The position numbers and the translations under genes were made by a program. Shown one piece after another: positions 29,694 to 38,876 of a DNA stretch of 64,000 nt. Where the stretch lies: positions 45,701 to 109,700 of the forward strand of contig JAILLE010000019.1 of assembly GCA_024693285.1 (NCBI GenBank), read 5' to 3'. Positions within the stretch are counted from its first letter, which is position 1, and each line of letters begins with the position of its first letter. The notes below the pieces were generated by a model that was not told where the DNA came from, did no database searches, and saw nothing but the letters and a program-made list of their open reading frames with translations. This stretch comes from Bacteroidales bacterium (lineage in GTDB: Bacteria > Bacteroidota > Bacteroidia > Bacteroidales > UBA932).

Positions 29694-32600
29694 TTTCTTT
29701 TACGGTTTTTTCTCCCCTTCTTTTTTCCATTCGGTAGTAGAGGGTAGGGAGGACGAACAAGGTTATTATTGTCGAGAATAAAAGACCGTAGACGATAACT
29801 GTCGCCAAAGGTCTCTGCACATCAGATCCGACACCTGTCGCAAGCGATGCTGGAAGTAGTCCGAGAATCGCTACGGTAGCGGTCATCAATACCGGTCTCA
29901 GACGGTGCGACGCACCCTCTATCACCGCCTCCTTTAGAGGGAAGCCCTTGAGACGCAGTCCGTTAATATGGGAAATCATGATGACTCCATTTTGTATGGT
30001 TAGTCCGAATAGGGCTATGAATCCTACGGCGGAAGAAACATTGAATGTCATCCCTCTGACATTAAGAGCCAACAGTCCTCCGAACAAGGCAAGAGGCAGC
30101 AACGAGATCAGGAGCGCTGCCTGCCTGAAGTTGCCGAATGCTCCGAAAAGAAGCAGGAACATCAGAGCCAGTACGAAAGGAATGACAACACCAAGCCGTG
30201 AATATGCTCTCTTCTGGTTCTCGAATTGGCCGTCCCATTTCAAGGAAAACGCTGTGTGATCGTAATTTACTTCTTGAGCTATCTTGGAATTGGCCTCATT
30301 TAAGAAAGTGGTAAGATCCTTGCCTCGAAGATTGACTCTGATAATGAGATGACGGCGTCCCATTTCCCGAGTTATTGTGCTGGCGCCAAGAACCGAGGAA
30401 ACTTCCGCTACGGCAGAAAGCGGAATCCTGTCACCAGAAGCGGTAACAAGAGGGAGATCAGCTATTTTCTCCGGTGTATCTCTGCTGTCCTCCTTGAAGC
30501 GGCAGGTCACGTCATAGACTTTGCTGCCAATGAATACCTGTGATACCGCCCGGCCGCCAAGAGCGGTCTCTATCAAGTCAGCCACGTCAGCGACATTGAT
30601 TCCGTAATATGCGACCTTCTCTCTGTCGACGGACACTTTCAGCTGAGGCAGAGGAGGTTCCTGGTCAATGGTCACATCGGTAGCGCCCTTTATATTCTTG
30701 ATAATTTTCTCCACATCCTCAGCTATCCGCCGAGCCTCGTCAAGATCGTCACCATATATCTTCATCGCCAAATCACTGTGTGATCCTGCTATCTGATCCA
30801 TCACCATGTCAATGATCGGTTGGGAGAAACCTACCTTGTAGCCTGGCATCAGAGCGATCCTGTCGGACATTTCTTCAATAAGGTCTTCTTTGGTTTTCCC
30901 TAATTTCCACTTTGAATAAGGTTTCAGGCCTACGCAAACTTCGATGTGAGATGATGTAAATTCCTCCGTACCCTCGTCATCCCTGCCGACCTGTGTCATC
31001 ACATAGGTCACTTCCTCGAACTCATCCTTCAGCACGTTTCTCAGATCATCCGCCATCCCTTTGGACTTTTCCAAAGAAATGCCCGGAGGAGTTTGGACTT
31101 GGATCCAAATACCACCCTCATCGAGATTTGGAAGGAAATCCTTTCCGACCGTGATCACCATCACGCAGACAGCGGCAAGCACGATGGCCATTCCCGTGAA
31201 AACTCTTTTTGGCTTGTCTATCAGCCCCTTAGTCCATTCTTTATACGAAGTCGTAAGGTTCCGGATCACTTTGTTGTCATAGACTTTTCCGGGCTTGCGG
31301 TAAATCGAATAAGACAGACCTGGAATCAGGATCAAGGCCGTGGCAAGCGCTCCCAACAGGGCGTAACCGACTGTGAAAGCCATAGGAGTAAAGAGCTTCT
31401 TCTCTATCCTTTCGAAGGCGAATAGAGGCATATAAGCCACTATAATGATAAGAGTGGCGAAGAATATCGGCTTAGCCACTTCCTTTATCCTGGCGGCGGT
31501 ATCCTTCCCCTTGAGAGGGAGACTGGTGTCTTCCTCTCTTAACTTGAGGATGGTCTCCATCATGACGATTGCACCGTCCACAAGTATTCCGAAATCTATC
31601 GCTCCGAGGCTCAGCAGGTTAGCCGGGATGCCGGTGATATTCATCAGAATGAACGCCACAAGAAGGGAAATGGGAATCGTGATGGCGACGGCCAGGGCGC
31701 TTTTTATGCTGCCGAGGAAGATCAGCAATATACTGATAACCAGAAGCATTCCGAACAGCAAGGTGTGTTCAACCGTATGCAGGGTTGTGCCTACCAACTG
31801 CGTACGGTCCATGAACATATGGATACGGACATTCTCCGGAAGCTCGTTCTCATTAAGGTCGTCAACCACTTTGTGAACCCGCTCAAGAACCTTGGAAGGG
31901 TTCTGGTATCTCAGCATCTGGACGATTCCTTCCACTCCATCGCTGAAGGACATGTCGTCATCAACGTATCCGAGAATACCCTTTCTTTCAAGGTTGCCAT
32001 ATTTGATTTCTCCCAAATCCTTCAGGAATACCGGCACGCCGTCTTCATTTTTGACTACGATCCTGCCCATGTCCTCGAGATCTTGGATAAGTCCAATTCC
32101 ACGGACCACATAGCTGACTTCTCCTATTGAGACCATGCTGCCTCCCGCGTTGGCATTATTGTTTTCTATGGCTTCAGTGACTTCTGAAAGGGAAAGGTCA
32201 TAGGAAGCCAGTGCCGCGGGATCCAATTCCACTTGGTACTGTGTGGTTAGGCCGCCGAAATTGCTGACAGCGGCGACGCCCTGGATTTTCTGCAAGGCGG
32301 GGATCACTGTCCACTGGTTGAGGTCCGTCAATTCCCGTAGAGAAACGTTTTCATCGCCTACAAGGACATAGCGATAGATCTCGCCCGTGGGGGATGTCAA
32401 AGGGTTGAGTTCCGGTACGGCATCGTATGGCAACTCGACGGCGTTTATGCATTCCATCACCCTTTGCCTTGCCCAATAGTCCTCGGTTCCATCTTCAAAT
32501 ACCAGGACGATGATTGACAGGCCGAACGCGTTCTTGCCGCGCATCATAGTGAGGGAGGGAATGCCGTTGAGAGCCCTTTCAAGAGGGATGGATATCTGCT

Positions 32601-32784
32601 GTTCCATTTCCTCGGCGGCGAGACCGGGAACCTGGGTCACGACATGCACTGTCACGTCAGCGATGTCAGGATAGGCGTCAATGGACAACCTGGTCCAAGA
32701 ATATATTCCGAAAAGGCACAAGACGAAGAATATCGCCGCGATCAGCCACCTGCGCCTTAGGATAAAGGAAATAAAGCGATCCAT
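29677..32784 (-). CDS. CusA/CzcA family heavy-metal efflux RND transporter
   Basis: IDAYPDI, ANLLSLGAIDFGILVDGAIV, RLRPVLMTA, GSDVQRPLATVI (HME-RND signatures). Confidence 0.95.
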   Translation of the reverse strand: MDRFISFILRRRWLIAAIFFVLCLFGIYSWTRLSIDAYPDIADVTVHVVTQVPGLAAEEMEQQISIPLERALNGIPSLTMMRGKNAFGLSIIVLVFEDGTEDYWARQRVMECINAVELPYDAVPELNPLTSPTGEIYRYVLVGDENVSLRELTDLNQWTVIPALQKIQGVAAVSNFGGLTTQYQVELDPAALASYDLSLSEVTEAIENNNANAGGSMVSIGEVSYVVRGIGLIQDLEDMGRIVVKNEDGVPVFLKDLGEIKYGNLERKGILGYVDDDMSFSDGVEGIVQMLRYQNPSKVLERVHKVVDDLNENELPENVRIHMFMDRTQLVGTTLHTVEHTLLFGMLLVISILLIFLGSIKSALAVAITIPISLLVAFILMNITGIPANLLSLGAIDFGILVDGAIVMMETILKLREEDTSLPLKGKDTAARIKEVAKPIFFATLIIIVAYMPLFAFERIEKKLFTPMAFTVGYALLGALATALILIPGLSYSIYRKPGKVYDNKVIRNLTTSYKEWTKGLIDKPKRVFTGMAIVLAAVCVMVITVGKDFLPNLDEGGIWIQVQTPPGISLEKSKGMADDLRNVLKDEFEEVTYVMTQVGRDDEGTEEFTSSHIEVCVGLKPYSKWKLGKTKEDLIEEMSDRIALMPGYKVGFSQPIIDMVMDQIAGSHSDLAMKIYGDDLDEARRIAEDVEKIIKNIKGATDVTIDQEPPLPQLKVSVDREKVAYYGINVADVADLIETALGGRAVSQVFIGSKVYDVTCRFKEDSRDTPEKIADLPLVTASGDRIPLSAVAEVSSVLGASTITREMGRRHLIIRVNLRGKDLTTFLNEANSKIAQEVNYDHTAFSLKWDGQFENQKRAYSRLGVVIPFVLALMFLLLFGAFGNFRQAALLISLLPLALFGGLLALNVRGMTFNVSSAVGFIALFGLTIQNGVIMISHINGLRLKGFPLKEAVIEGASHRLRPVLMTATVAILGLLPASLATGVGSDVQRPLATVIVYGLLFSTIITLFVLPTLYYRMEKRRGEKTVKENEEVF

Positions 32785-32787
32785 AGG

Positions 32788-33894
32788 CTAATGGCTGAGA
32801 TAGATTCCACCCTTGGTGATAACGGTTTCTCCACCTTCAAGACCCTCGGTAACCAGAGCGACTTCCGTGCTGAGGTTTTCTGTCTCCACCGATACTTTCT
32901 TGAATACAAGACCGTCTTGGCAAACATAGACAAACTTGGATCCGTTCCCTTGGAATACGGCTGAGGAAGGTACTGTGACCGCATCTTCGACAGTTTTTGA
33001 GAATACCGCTGAAACGAACATCCCCGGTTTCAGAACCTTTTCAGCATTGCCGCATTCTATCACCACCGGGATCGTACGGGTCTTCATGTCCAGCATCTCG
33101 CCGACATATCTTACTGATCCTTGACTGACTGTCTGTCCGGCGGACTCTATGCTTACCGTCTGCCCTTTAGCGATCCCTTGAACCATAGACTCCTTGACAT
33201 TCGCGGTCACCCATACCGACGACAGGTCTGCCACTGCCACAGGGGCTTCATCATCATCGGAGAGAATCTGACCGAGCACAAGATTATTCTTTACCACAAC
33301 TCCAGAGATAGGAGAAAGCACACGTAATGGTTGACCGACTTTCGCTGATGCCGGATTGACACCGAATGTTGATAGAACTTGCCTAGATAACGCGAGAGCC
33401 GCCTCGGCGTCAGAGCATGCGCTTTGAGCTTCTTCCAGATCCTTGTCTGAAACAATACCAGATTCGTGCAAGGTCTGTTTTCTCCTTAGATTTGATGAGG
33501 CTACTGAAACAGAGTTGCTGTTTTCCACGTATTCCTTAACGGCTTCCATAAAGTCCGCGGAAGTGATCTCATACAAGGCTTGTCCCCTGTAAACCCTGTC
33601 ACCCAGGCGTACGAGAATGCGGCTAACCCTTCCGCCAAAAGGTGAAGCGACTTCGGCATAGGAGTCGGGTCTGGGGCCGACTGACGCGGTCGCGTTGAAT
33701 TTGCTGCTTATATCTTGGAGTTGGATGGTCTCAAGGACCAGTTTTTGGGCGAGGGCTGATGTCTCATCAATCGTCACCAAATCTTCATTTGCCACAAAAC
33801 CGGACGTGGCTGTGTCCTGGTCTGAATTGTTTCTGGACTTGCATCCAAAGATGACTGACGCGCAAAGCATCAGAATGAAATAATTATTCTTCAT
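32788..33894 (-). CDS. RND efflux periplasmic adaptor (CzcB/CusB-like) lipoprotein
   Basis: Lipobox IFGC; SPFGGRV..V..GD, SPISGVV, LKPGMFV, GLEGGETV. Confidence 0.92.
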   Translation of the reverse strand: MKNNYFILMLCASVIFGCKSRNNSDQDTATSGFVANEDLVTIDETSALAQKLVLETIQLQDISSKFNATASVGPRPDSYAEVASPFGGRVSRILVRLGDRVYRGQALYEITSADFMEAVKEYVENSNSVSVASSNLRRKQTLHESGIVSDKDLEEAQSACSDAEAALALSRQVLSTFGVNPASAKVGQPLRVLSPISGVVVKNNLVLGQILSDDDEAPVAVADLSSVWVTANVKESMVQGIAKGQTVSIESAGQTVSQGSVRYVGEMLDMKTRTIPVVIECGNAEKVLKPGMFVSAVFSKTVEDAVTVPSSAVFQGNGSKFVYVCQDGLVFKKVSVETENLSTEVALVTEGLEGGETVITKGGIYLSH

Positions 33895-33906
33895 TAAGTT
33901 GTCTTA

Positions 33907-33960
33907 TTGATATGATAAAGTGGGCGGGCGCGGAGAATGCGCGTGAAGTTATCATATCAA
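33907..33960 (-). promoter_or_regulatory. mRNA stem-loop linking the leader-ORF stop to the downstream initiation region
   Basis: Perfect 12-bp inverted repeat TTGATATGATAA / TTATCATATCAA at 33907-33918 and 33949-33960. Confidence 0.7.
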
Positions 33961-34317
33961 AGAGGGAGGACCTCGGAGGTCAATGCCCTTTACGGGACTC
34001 TCATAGCAGGCCAGAACCGTTGACTCAGAGAAGACGTATTCCAGGACATCAATTCTCGAGATACTGATATCAGGAATGATTGTGTCGGTGCATACGATAT
34101 GGCTGAGGATGTCCAGAAGTTTGAGCTGTCCGAATGTGTGTCCTCCATCCGAATTATCGCAGGCATGGCCATCCCCATAAATATGAGAGTGGGTAATAAT
34201 CTGTCCGTCAATTACATGGCAATGCCAGAACATTGTCGAACTGACATAATTGAAAAGCAAGATTCCGACAAATATCGCCGAAACCAGACTCTTCAATTTT
34301 GTCTTATCAAAACGCAT
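33952..34317 (-). CDS. His/Cys-rich small protein with C-terminal RGPP; candidate ribosome-arrest leader peptide (DUF2946/CutF/CruR-like logic)
   Basis: Basic N-terminus and hydrophobic stretch, then HCH...HSH...H..C...H, ending LRGPPSLI*; first gene of the efflux operon. Confidence 0.75.
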   Translation of the reverse strand: MRFDKTKLKSLVSAIFVGILLFNYVSSTMFWHCHVIDGQIITHSHIYGDGHACDNSDGGHTFGQLKLLDILSHIVCTDTIIPDISISRIDVLEYVFSESTVLACYESPVKGIDLRGPPSLI

Positions 34318-34322
34318 GACCC

Positions 34323-34330
34323 CAAAGTTA
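34323..34330 (-). promoter_or_regulatory. -7 promoter element of the leader/efflux operon
   Basis: TAACTTTG on minus, 5 nt upstream of ATG 34317. Confidence 0.65.
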
Positions 34331-34385
34331 CAACAGATAATTCACAAAAATTCACTATATTGTAAAGAAAAGCAGATTAATAACC

Positions 34386-36236
34386 ATGAAAATAAGGCCT
34401 TTAAACATTTTATTCGCTTTACTCCTCTGCTCTAACATTGTTACTGGACAGGAGAGACTTCGTAGGGACCAGAGTTTCCTTGGTATCCATTTTGATTTCC
34501 ATGCGGGGGCGGCCAACAAGAATATCGGCGCCAACACCACCCCGGAGATGGTCGGAACCATCCTCGACATGGTCCATCCGGACTATATCCAGATAGATTG
34601 CAAGGGTCATCCGGGGTACTCAAGTTATCCGACTAAAGTCGGGAATCCGGCTCCCGGACTGGTCACTGATCCTTTGGTTGTCTGGAGAAAAGTGACCGCT
34701 GACAGAGGAGTAGGTCTTTACATGCATTATTCCGGGGTCTGGGATGGCCGGGCGGTTGAGCTACATCCGGATTGGGCGATTAAAGACCAGAACGGAAACC
34801 CCAGTACGACAATAACTTCCGTATTCGGACCTTATGTTGATAATATACTTGTTCCTCAACTCAAGGAACTTGCCGGAGTGTATGAAGTGGACGGAATGTG
34901 GGTTGATGGTGAGTGCTGGGCGACCGCGTTGGATTATGGCGAGAAGGCTGTAAGGTTATTCAAAGAGCAGACGGGTCTTGATGCTCCGCTATCGCCGGAG
35001 GATCCAGGCTGGTACGAGTGGAAGCAATTCCATAGGGAAGCGTTCCGTAACTATCTCAGGCACTATATCGCCGCTGTCCGGAGCGAGTATCCTGACTTCC
35101 AGATCTGCAGCAACTGGGCATATACCCATCACATGTCCGAACCGGTGTCGGCTCCTGTGGACTTTCTGTCGGGGGACTATTCGTCCACGAATAGCGTGAA
35201 TTCCGCTCGTGTCGCCGCGAGGTATCTCGCCTGGCAGGGTGTTCCTTGGGATTTGATGGCATGGAGTTTCGCTGGCAATGGAGAGGCACGTCGGCAGAAA
35301 ACCTCCGTCCAATTGATGAGGGAGGCTGCGGTCACGCTCTCGCAAGGCGGTGGTTTTCAAGCATATTACACCCAGAATGGGGACGGTTCACTCAATCTTG
35401 ACAAGTTGAGTTCCATGGCTGATGTGGCCGTCTTCGCCAGAGCGAGGCAGAAATACTGCCATCATTCGGTCTCGGTTCCACAAGTGGCTGTGCTTGTTTC
35501 CACTTACGACTATCAACACAGGAATCTCCAGGGGAATCCCGGGGCCTTGTTCCCGAATTTCACTGGCGGGGTGACAGGGATAATGAACTGCTTGCTTGAG
35601 AATCAGTACAGCGTGGACTTGCTCGGGGAATCCTCACTGCTGCCCGACATGAGCCGTTTCCCGTTGATTGTCATTCCTGAATGCGAGACCATTTCCGAGG
35701 TATTCCGTGACGAGCTCCTGGAATATGTCCGTGGTGGCGGGTCGCTACTTGTCGTTGGCAAGACAATGACTGAGTTCTTTTCGGCCGCCCTTCGTCAATC
35801 TCAGGAATCGGGATGGTTCAGCGTTCCGTTCGGGGCGGGAAAGATCGGTTTTATTCCCGAGGAAATCGCTGGAGATTATGAGTCCCGTGGAGGTGCGGAA
35901 GATATTAGAGCGAAGGTGAATGTCTTTGTGAATGAGCTGTTTCCGGAGCCTCAAGTTAGAGTGGTTTCCTCTCCTTATGTCGATGTGTCGTTGAGAAAGT
36001 TGAACGGGAAACTACAGGTCCATCTTGTCAACACCTCAGGTGACCACAGGAATACGGCGATAATTGAATCGATTGATCCGGTGAAGGACATCGAAGTCTC
36101 GGTCAGTTGTACGGAAAAACCTTCCCGGATTGTTTGTCAACCTGACGGGAAGGAGTTGAGATTCAAATACAAAGATGGTAAGGCAACCTTCAAGTTGCCG
36201 GTCTTGGAAATCTACGACATCATAGAGATTGAGTAG
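34386..36236 (+). CDS. Putative glycoside hydrolase (GH29/GHL6-like TIM barrel with trimerisation-like domain)
   Basis: Signal peptide; GIHFDFH, DCKGHPGYSSYPT, DGMWVDGE; later YVRGGGSLLV motif. Confidence 0.65.
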   Translation: MKIRPLNILFALLLCSNIVTGQERLRRDQSFLGIHFDFHAGAANKNIGANTTPEMVGTILDMVHPDYIQIDCKGHPGYSSYPTKVGNPAPGLVTDPLVVWRKVTADRGVGLYMHYSGVWDGRAVELHPDWAIKDQNGNPSTTITSVFGPYVDNILVPQLKELAGVYEVDGMWVDGECWATALDYGEKAVRLFKEQTGLDAPLSPEDPGWYEWKQFHREAFRNYLRHYIAAVRSEYPDFQICSNWAYTHHMSEPVSAPVDFLSGDYSSTNSVNSARVAARYLAWQGVPWDLMAWSFAGNGEARRQKTSVQLMREAAVTLSQGGGFQAYYTQNGDGSLNLDKLSSMADVAVFARARQKYCHHSVSVPQVAVLVSTYDYQHRNLQGNPGALFPNFTGGVTGIMNCLLENQYSVDLLGESSLLPDMSRFPLIVIPECETISEVFRDELLEYVRGGGSLLVVGKTMTEFFSAALRQSQESGWFSVPFGAGKIGFIPEEIAGDYESRGGAEDIRAKVNVFVNELFPEPQVRVVSSPYVDVSLRKLNGKLQVHLVNTSGDHRNTAIIESIDPVKDIEVSVSCTEKPSRIVCQPDGKELRFKYKDGKATFKLPVLEIYDIIEIE

Positions 36237-36657
36237 GCGTAGCCTCAATAAGGTCCTCTATTGAGCCGACAACCTTGTCGAAAATCTTGTACATCAGCTC
36301 AGGCTCTTGTTTTTCAGGAATATAGACGATTGTCTTCAGACCTTTTCCGGCGAACCATCCGGCTTCTGTGTGGGCGGAGCGGCCGCAAGGCAGCACCAGC
36401 ACGCAGGTGTCGGCCCAGAGCATGGCATCAAAGTCCGCCTTGAAACCTTTTTCTGCGACCGGGTGGGTGAGATTGCCGATATATTCCCCGACACTCCACT
36501 CTTGCCAGTCATCGGCGATGTCCGACCAGTGGAATCCTCCAGGATTGTCTTCGGGGTTCCTGAAATCATAAACTTCATGACCGGCCTCCCTTAGCCTTGT
36601 CACGACTTCCGGTTGATAGGGATTGCGCCAGCTAGACGCCACATATATTTTTGCCAT
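36220..36657 (-). CDS. Nucleoside 2-deoxyribosyltransferase-like protein
   Basis: Start at ATG 36657 (MAKIYVASSWRN); D..AM..AD..VLVLP.GRSAHTEAGW pattern of the NDT-like fold. Confidence 0.65.
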   Translation of the reverse strand: MAKIYVASSWRNPYQPEVVTRLREAGHEVYDFRNPEDNPGGFHWSDIADDWQEWSVGEYIGNLTHPVAEKGFKADFDAMLWADTCVLVLPCGRSAHTEAGWFAGKGLKTIVYIPEKQEPELMYKIFDKVVGSIEDLIEATPTQSL

Positions 36658-36683
36658 AGCGCTAATATAGTGTAAATCCGGGC

Positions 36684-37928
36684 TTAAACCAAGCCTTTTT
36701 CCTTGGCTTTTGAGATCAATTCGGCGGTGTTGGACGCTTCGAATTTTTCCAGAAGCCTCTTCCTGTACCATTTGATTGTGGCGAGGGACAGGAATATCTT
36801 ATCTGCCATTTGCGGGCTGGTCATGCCCGAGGCTATCAGCCGAAGGATTTCCGCCTCCCTTGCGGTCAGGAGAGGTTTGTCAGAATTGTTGTCAGTAGCG
36901 GGAATGCCATTGTCTTTTTCAGCCATAGCCTCGTCAATCACCTCGTCCGCGGCATCCCTTTGGCGGCGGAATATAAAGGCCCGACGGCTGGCAGCCAGCA
37001 GCAAAAGGGCCATGATAGCTAATAATAATGCGCCTAATGTGAAGATTCTCAATTGTTTCTTCTGCTGGGAGAGTACTTGGCCGATAAGGTCCAGGGTCTC
37101 GATTCTGGCTCTAAATTCTTGGTCATCATGCAGGGAATAATAGCTGTCAGCCTCCTTGAGATATTTAAAAGCTTTGCGAGTCTTGCCACGGTCCAGCCAC
37201 AAGTTCCCCAATCCTTTCATGGCGGCCGAAATCTGAAGCGAGTCGCCGGACGCCAGAGCATATTTCAGGGAAGTGTCGTAGCATTCATTTGCCTGGTCAA
37301 AGTCTTTTTCTTCCCTCCATGTCTCACCCATATTGTAGTATAATATAGCGTTGCTCTCTTTCCATCCGTGTTTCTCGAAAATCTCGCCTGCCTTACGGTA
37401 ATACTCCATGGCTCTAGGGATGGAATCCATCATGTTGAGGCAGTTGCCGATGGCACCGTAAAGACTGGAATATGAGTCATCTACGGTCTCTTGACTATAA
37501 CCTTCCGAGTTTTCTGGGTCAGAAGCTATTTCCGCTATCCGGTCCACGTCCTCAAGAGCGAGATTGAAGTAGAACATAGCGCTGTCGTACTGTTCCGAAC
37601 CCCAGTAATGTTTTCCGATTGTTTTCTCGGCGTCCGACTTTTTCACCAGCCATCCCATTCTCGAAGCCAATGCGATCTGCTTTCTGGCGAACAGAATGCT
37701 TCGCTCGCGGTTGATCTGGAGATACCCGTTCATCAAGTTATCATAAGCGCCTATCAGATCTTTGATCTCTTCCTCTGAAGCTTTTTCAATTCTGTCTGGA
37801 GTGTATTTTACCACGACATTCTCAAGCGAGTCGAGGTTCTTCCGCCTATGGTCGGAGTATTCAGCGTGTATCGCGGACGTTCCGCATGCGAGCGAAAGGA
37901 ATGTTATCAGGATCAGACGTGTTCTCAT
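36684..37928 (-). CDS. Transmembrane one-component regulator: signal peptide, TPR repeats, TM helix, LuxR-type HTH
   Basis: TPR-like AMEYYRKAGEIF and LYYNMGETW; hydrophobic IFTLGALLLAIMALLLLAA; LTAREAEILRLIASGMTSPQMADKIFLSLATIKWYRKRLLEK. Confidence 0.88.
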   Translation of the reverse strand: MRTRLILITFLSLACGTSAIHAEYSDHRRKNLDSLENVVVKYTPDRIEKASEEEIKDLIGAYDNLMNGYLQINRERSILFARKQIALASRMGWLVKKSDAEKTIGKHYWGSEQYDSAMFYFNLALEDVDRIAEIASDPENSEGYSQETVDDSYSSLYGAIGNCLNMMDSIPRAMEYYRKAGEIFEKHGWKESNAILYYNMGETWREEKDFDQANECYDTSLKYALASGDSLQISAAMKGLGNLWLDRGKTRKAFKYLKEADSYYSLHDDQEFRARIETLDLIGQVLSQQKKQLRIFTLGALLLAIMALLLLAASRRAFIFRRQRDAADEVIDEAMAEKDNGIPATDNNSDKPLLTAREAEILRLIASGMTSPQMADKIFLSLATIKWYRKRLLEKFEASNTAELISKAKEKGLV

Positions 37929-38000
37929 GTTACCAATATAGCAAAAAACTATAATTCGAAAGATTTATTACCCCGTTTCTAATAGATTTGGGAGCCACTT

Positions 38001-38016
38001 CTATCCTTTCGGATAG
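38001..38016. promoter_or_regulatory. Candidate operator (6-4-6 inverted repeat) between the regulator and the divergent lipoprotein gene
   Basis: CTATCC-TTTC-GGATAG, upstream of a non-consensus -7 box GAACTTTG (38039-38046). Confidence 0.4.
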
Positions 38017-38075
38017 TGTTTCTGAGAAATGTATTGACGAACTTTGTAAGTCGTAATATTAAGAAATATTTGATT

Positions 38076-38804
38076 ATGAAACGGTTATTTGTTTACATCA
38101 TTTGCGTGACCTGCGCCTTGGCGCTTGTCTCTTGTGGGGGTAAGGGCAGCAAAAAGTCCGAGGCCTCGACTGACGGCAAGGTTGACATTGAAAAAGTCGC
38201 CAAGAAATTGGAGAAGGAAGCCTTCGAGGGTGAGAAATATTCCAAAGAGGCCGCTGAGTTCTATTTCAAGAAGAATGAGGGAATCAAACTTTCCGACTTG
38301 GCTCCTGAGTACAAGCTGAACGAGACAAGCAAGTACACCTACTACGGTGATGAACATGACGCTCTGGCCAACTTCAAGATCCAGGACGGTGACACCTACA
38401 CCAAGGAGCAGCACATCGAGAATGTGCGCCGTATCTACGCTGTCACCAAGAAGGCCGCGGACAACGGAATCAATGTCTACGGCTTTGAGGACAAATCCAA
38501 CAAGGATGAGGCCTATTCCGAGAAGGATCTCGAACAGATGATCAAGGACAACAATGGCACCTCGATTCTTGGTGTAGAGATTTATGTCGGAAGCTACAGC
38601 TGGTCCTTCCTGAAGGACGGCGAGCTTCATCGCTGTGATGTGGACCTTTTGGAAAAGAACGACACCAAGCTGGGATATTCCGTCAAGATGTACAAAGGAC
38701 TCCAGAAGAGCTTTGACGAGACCATGAAGGATGCCGAGGAGGCTTTGAGTGATCCCGAAGTGCAGAAGCAGCTCGAGAAAGCCCTTAAGGACTATTCCAA
38801 GTAA
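38076..38804 (+). CDS. Hypothetical lipoprotein
   Basis: ATG 38076; lipobox LVSC-GG; charged, with codon bias suggesting high expression. Confidence 0.85.
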   Translation: MKRLFVYIICVTCALALVSCGGKGSKKSEASTDGKVDIEKVAKKLEKEAFEGEKYSKEAAEFYFKKNEGIKLSDLAPEYKLNETSKYTYYGDEHDALANFKIQDGDTYTKEQHIENVRRIYAVTKKAADNGINVYGFEDKSNKDEAYSEKDLEQMIKDNNGTSILGVEIYVGSYSWSFLKDGELHRCDVDLLEKNDTKLGYSVKMYKGLQKSFDETMKDAEEALSDPEVQKQLEKALKDYSK

Positions 38805-38876
38805 TACATCCCAATTTGTCCGACATGAGGGGCGTTTTTCGGTAATAATCACTATATTGCCGAAAACCCTTTTGCC

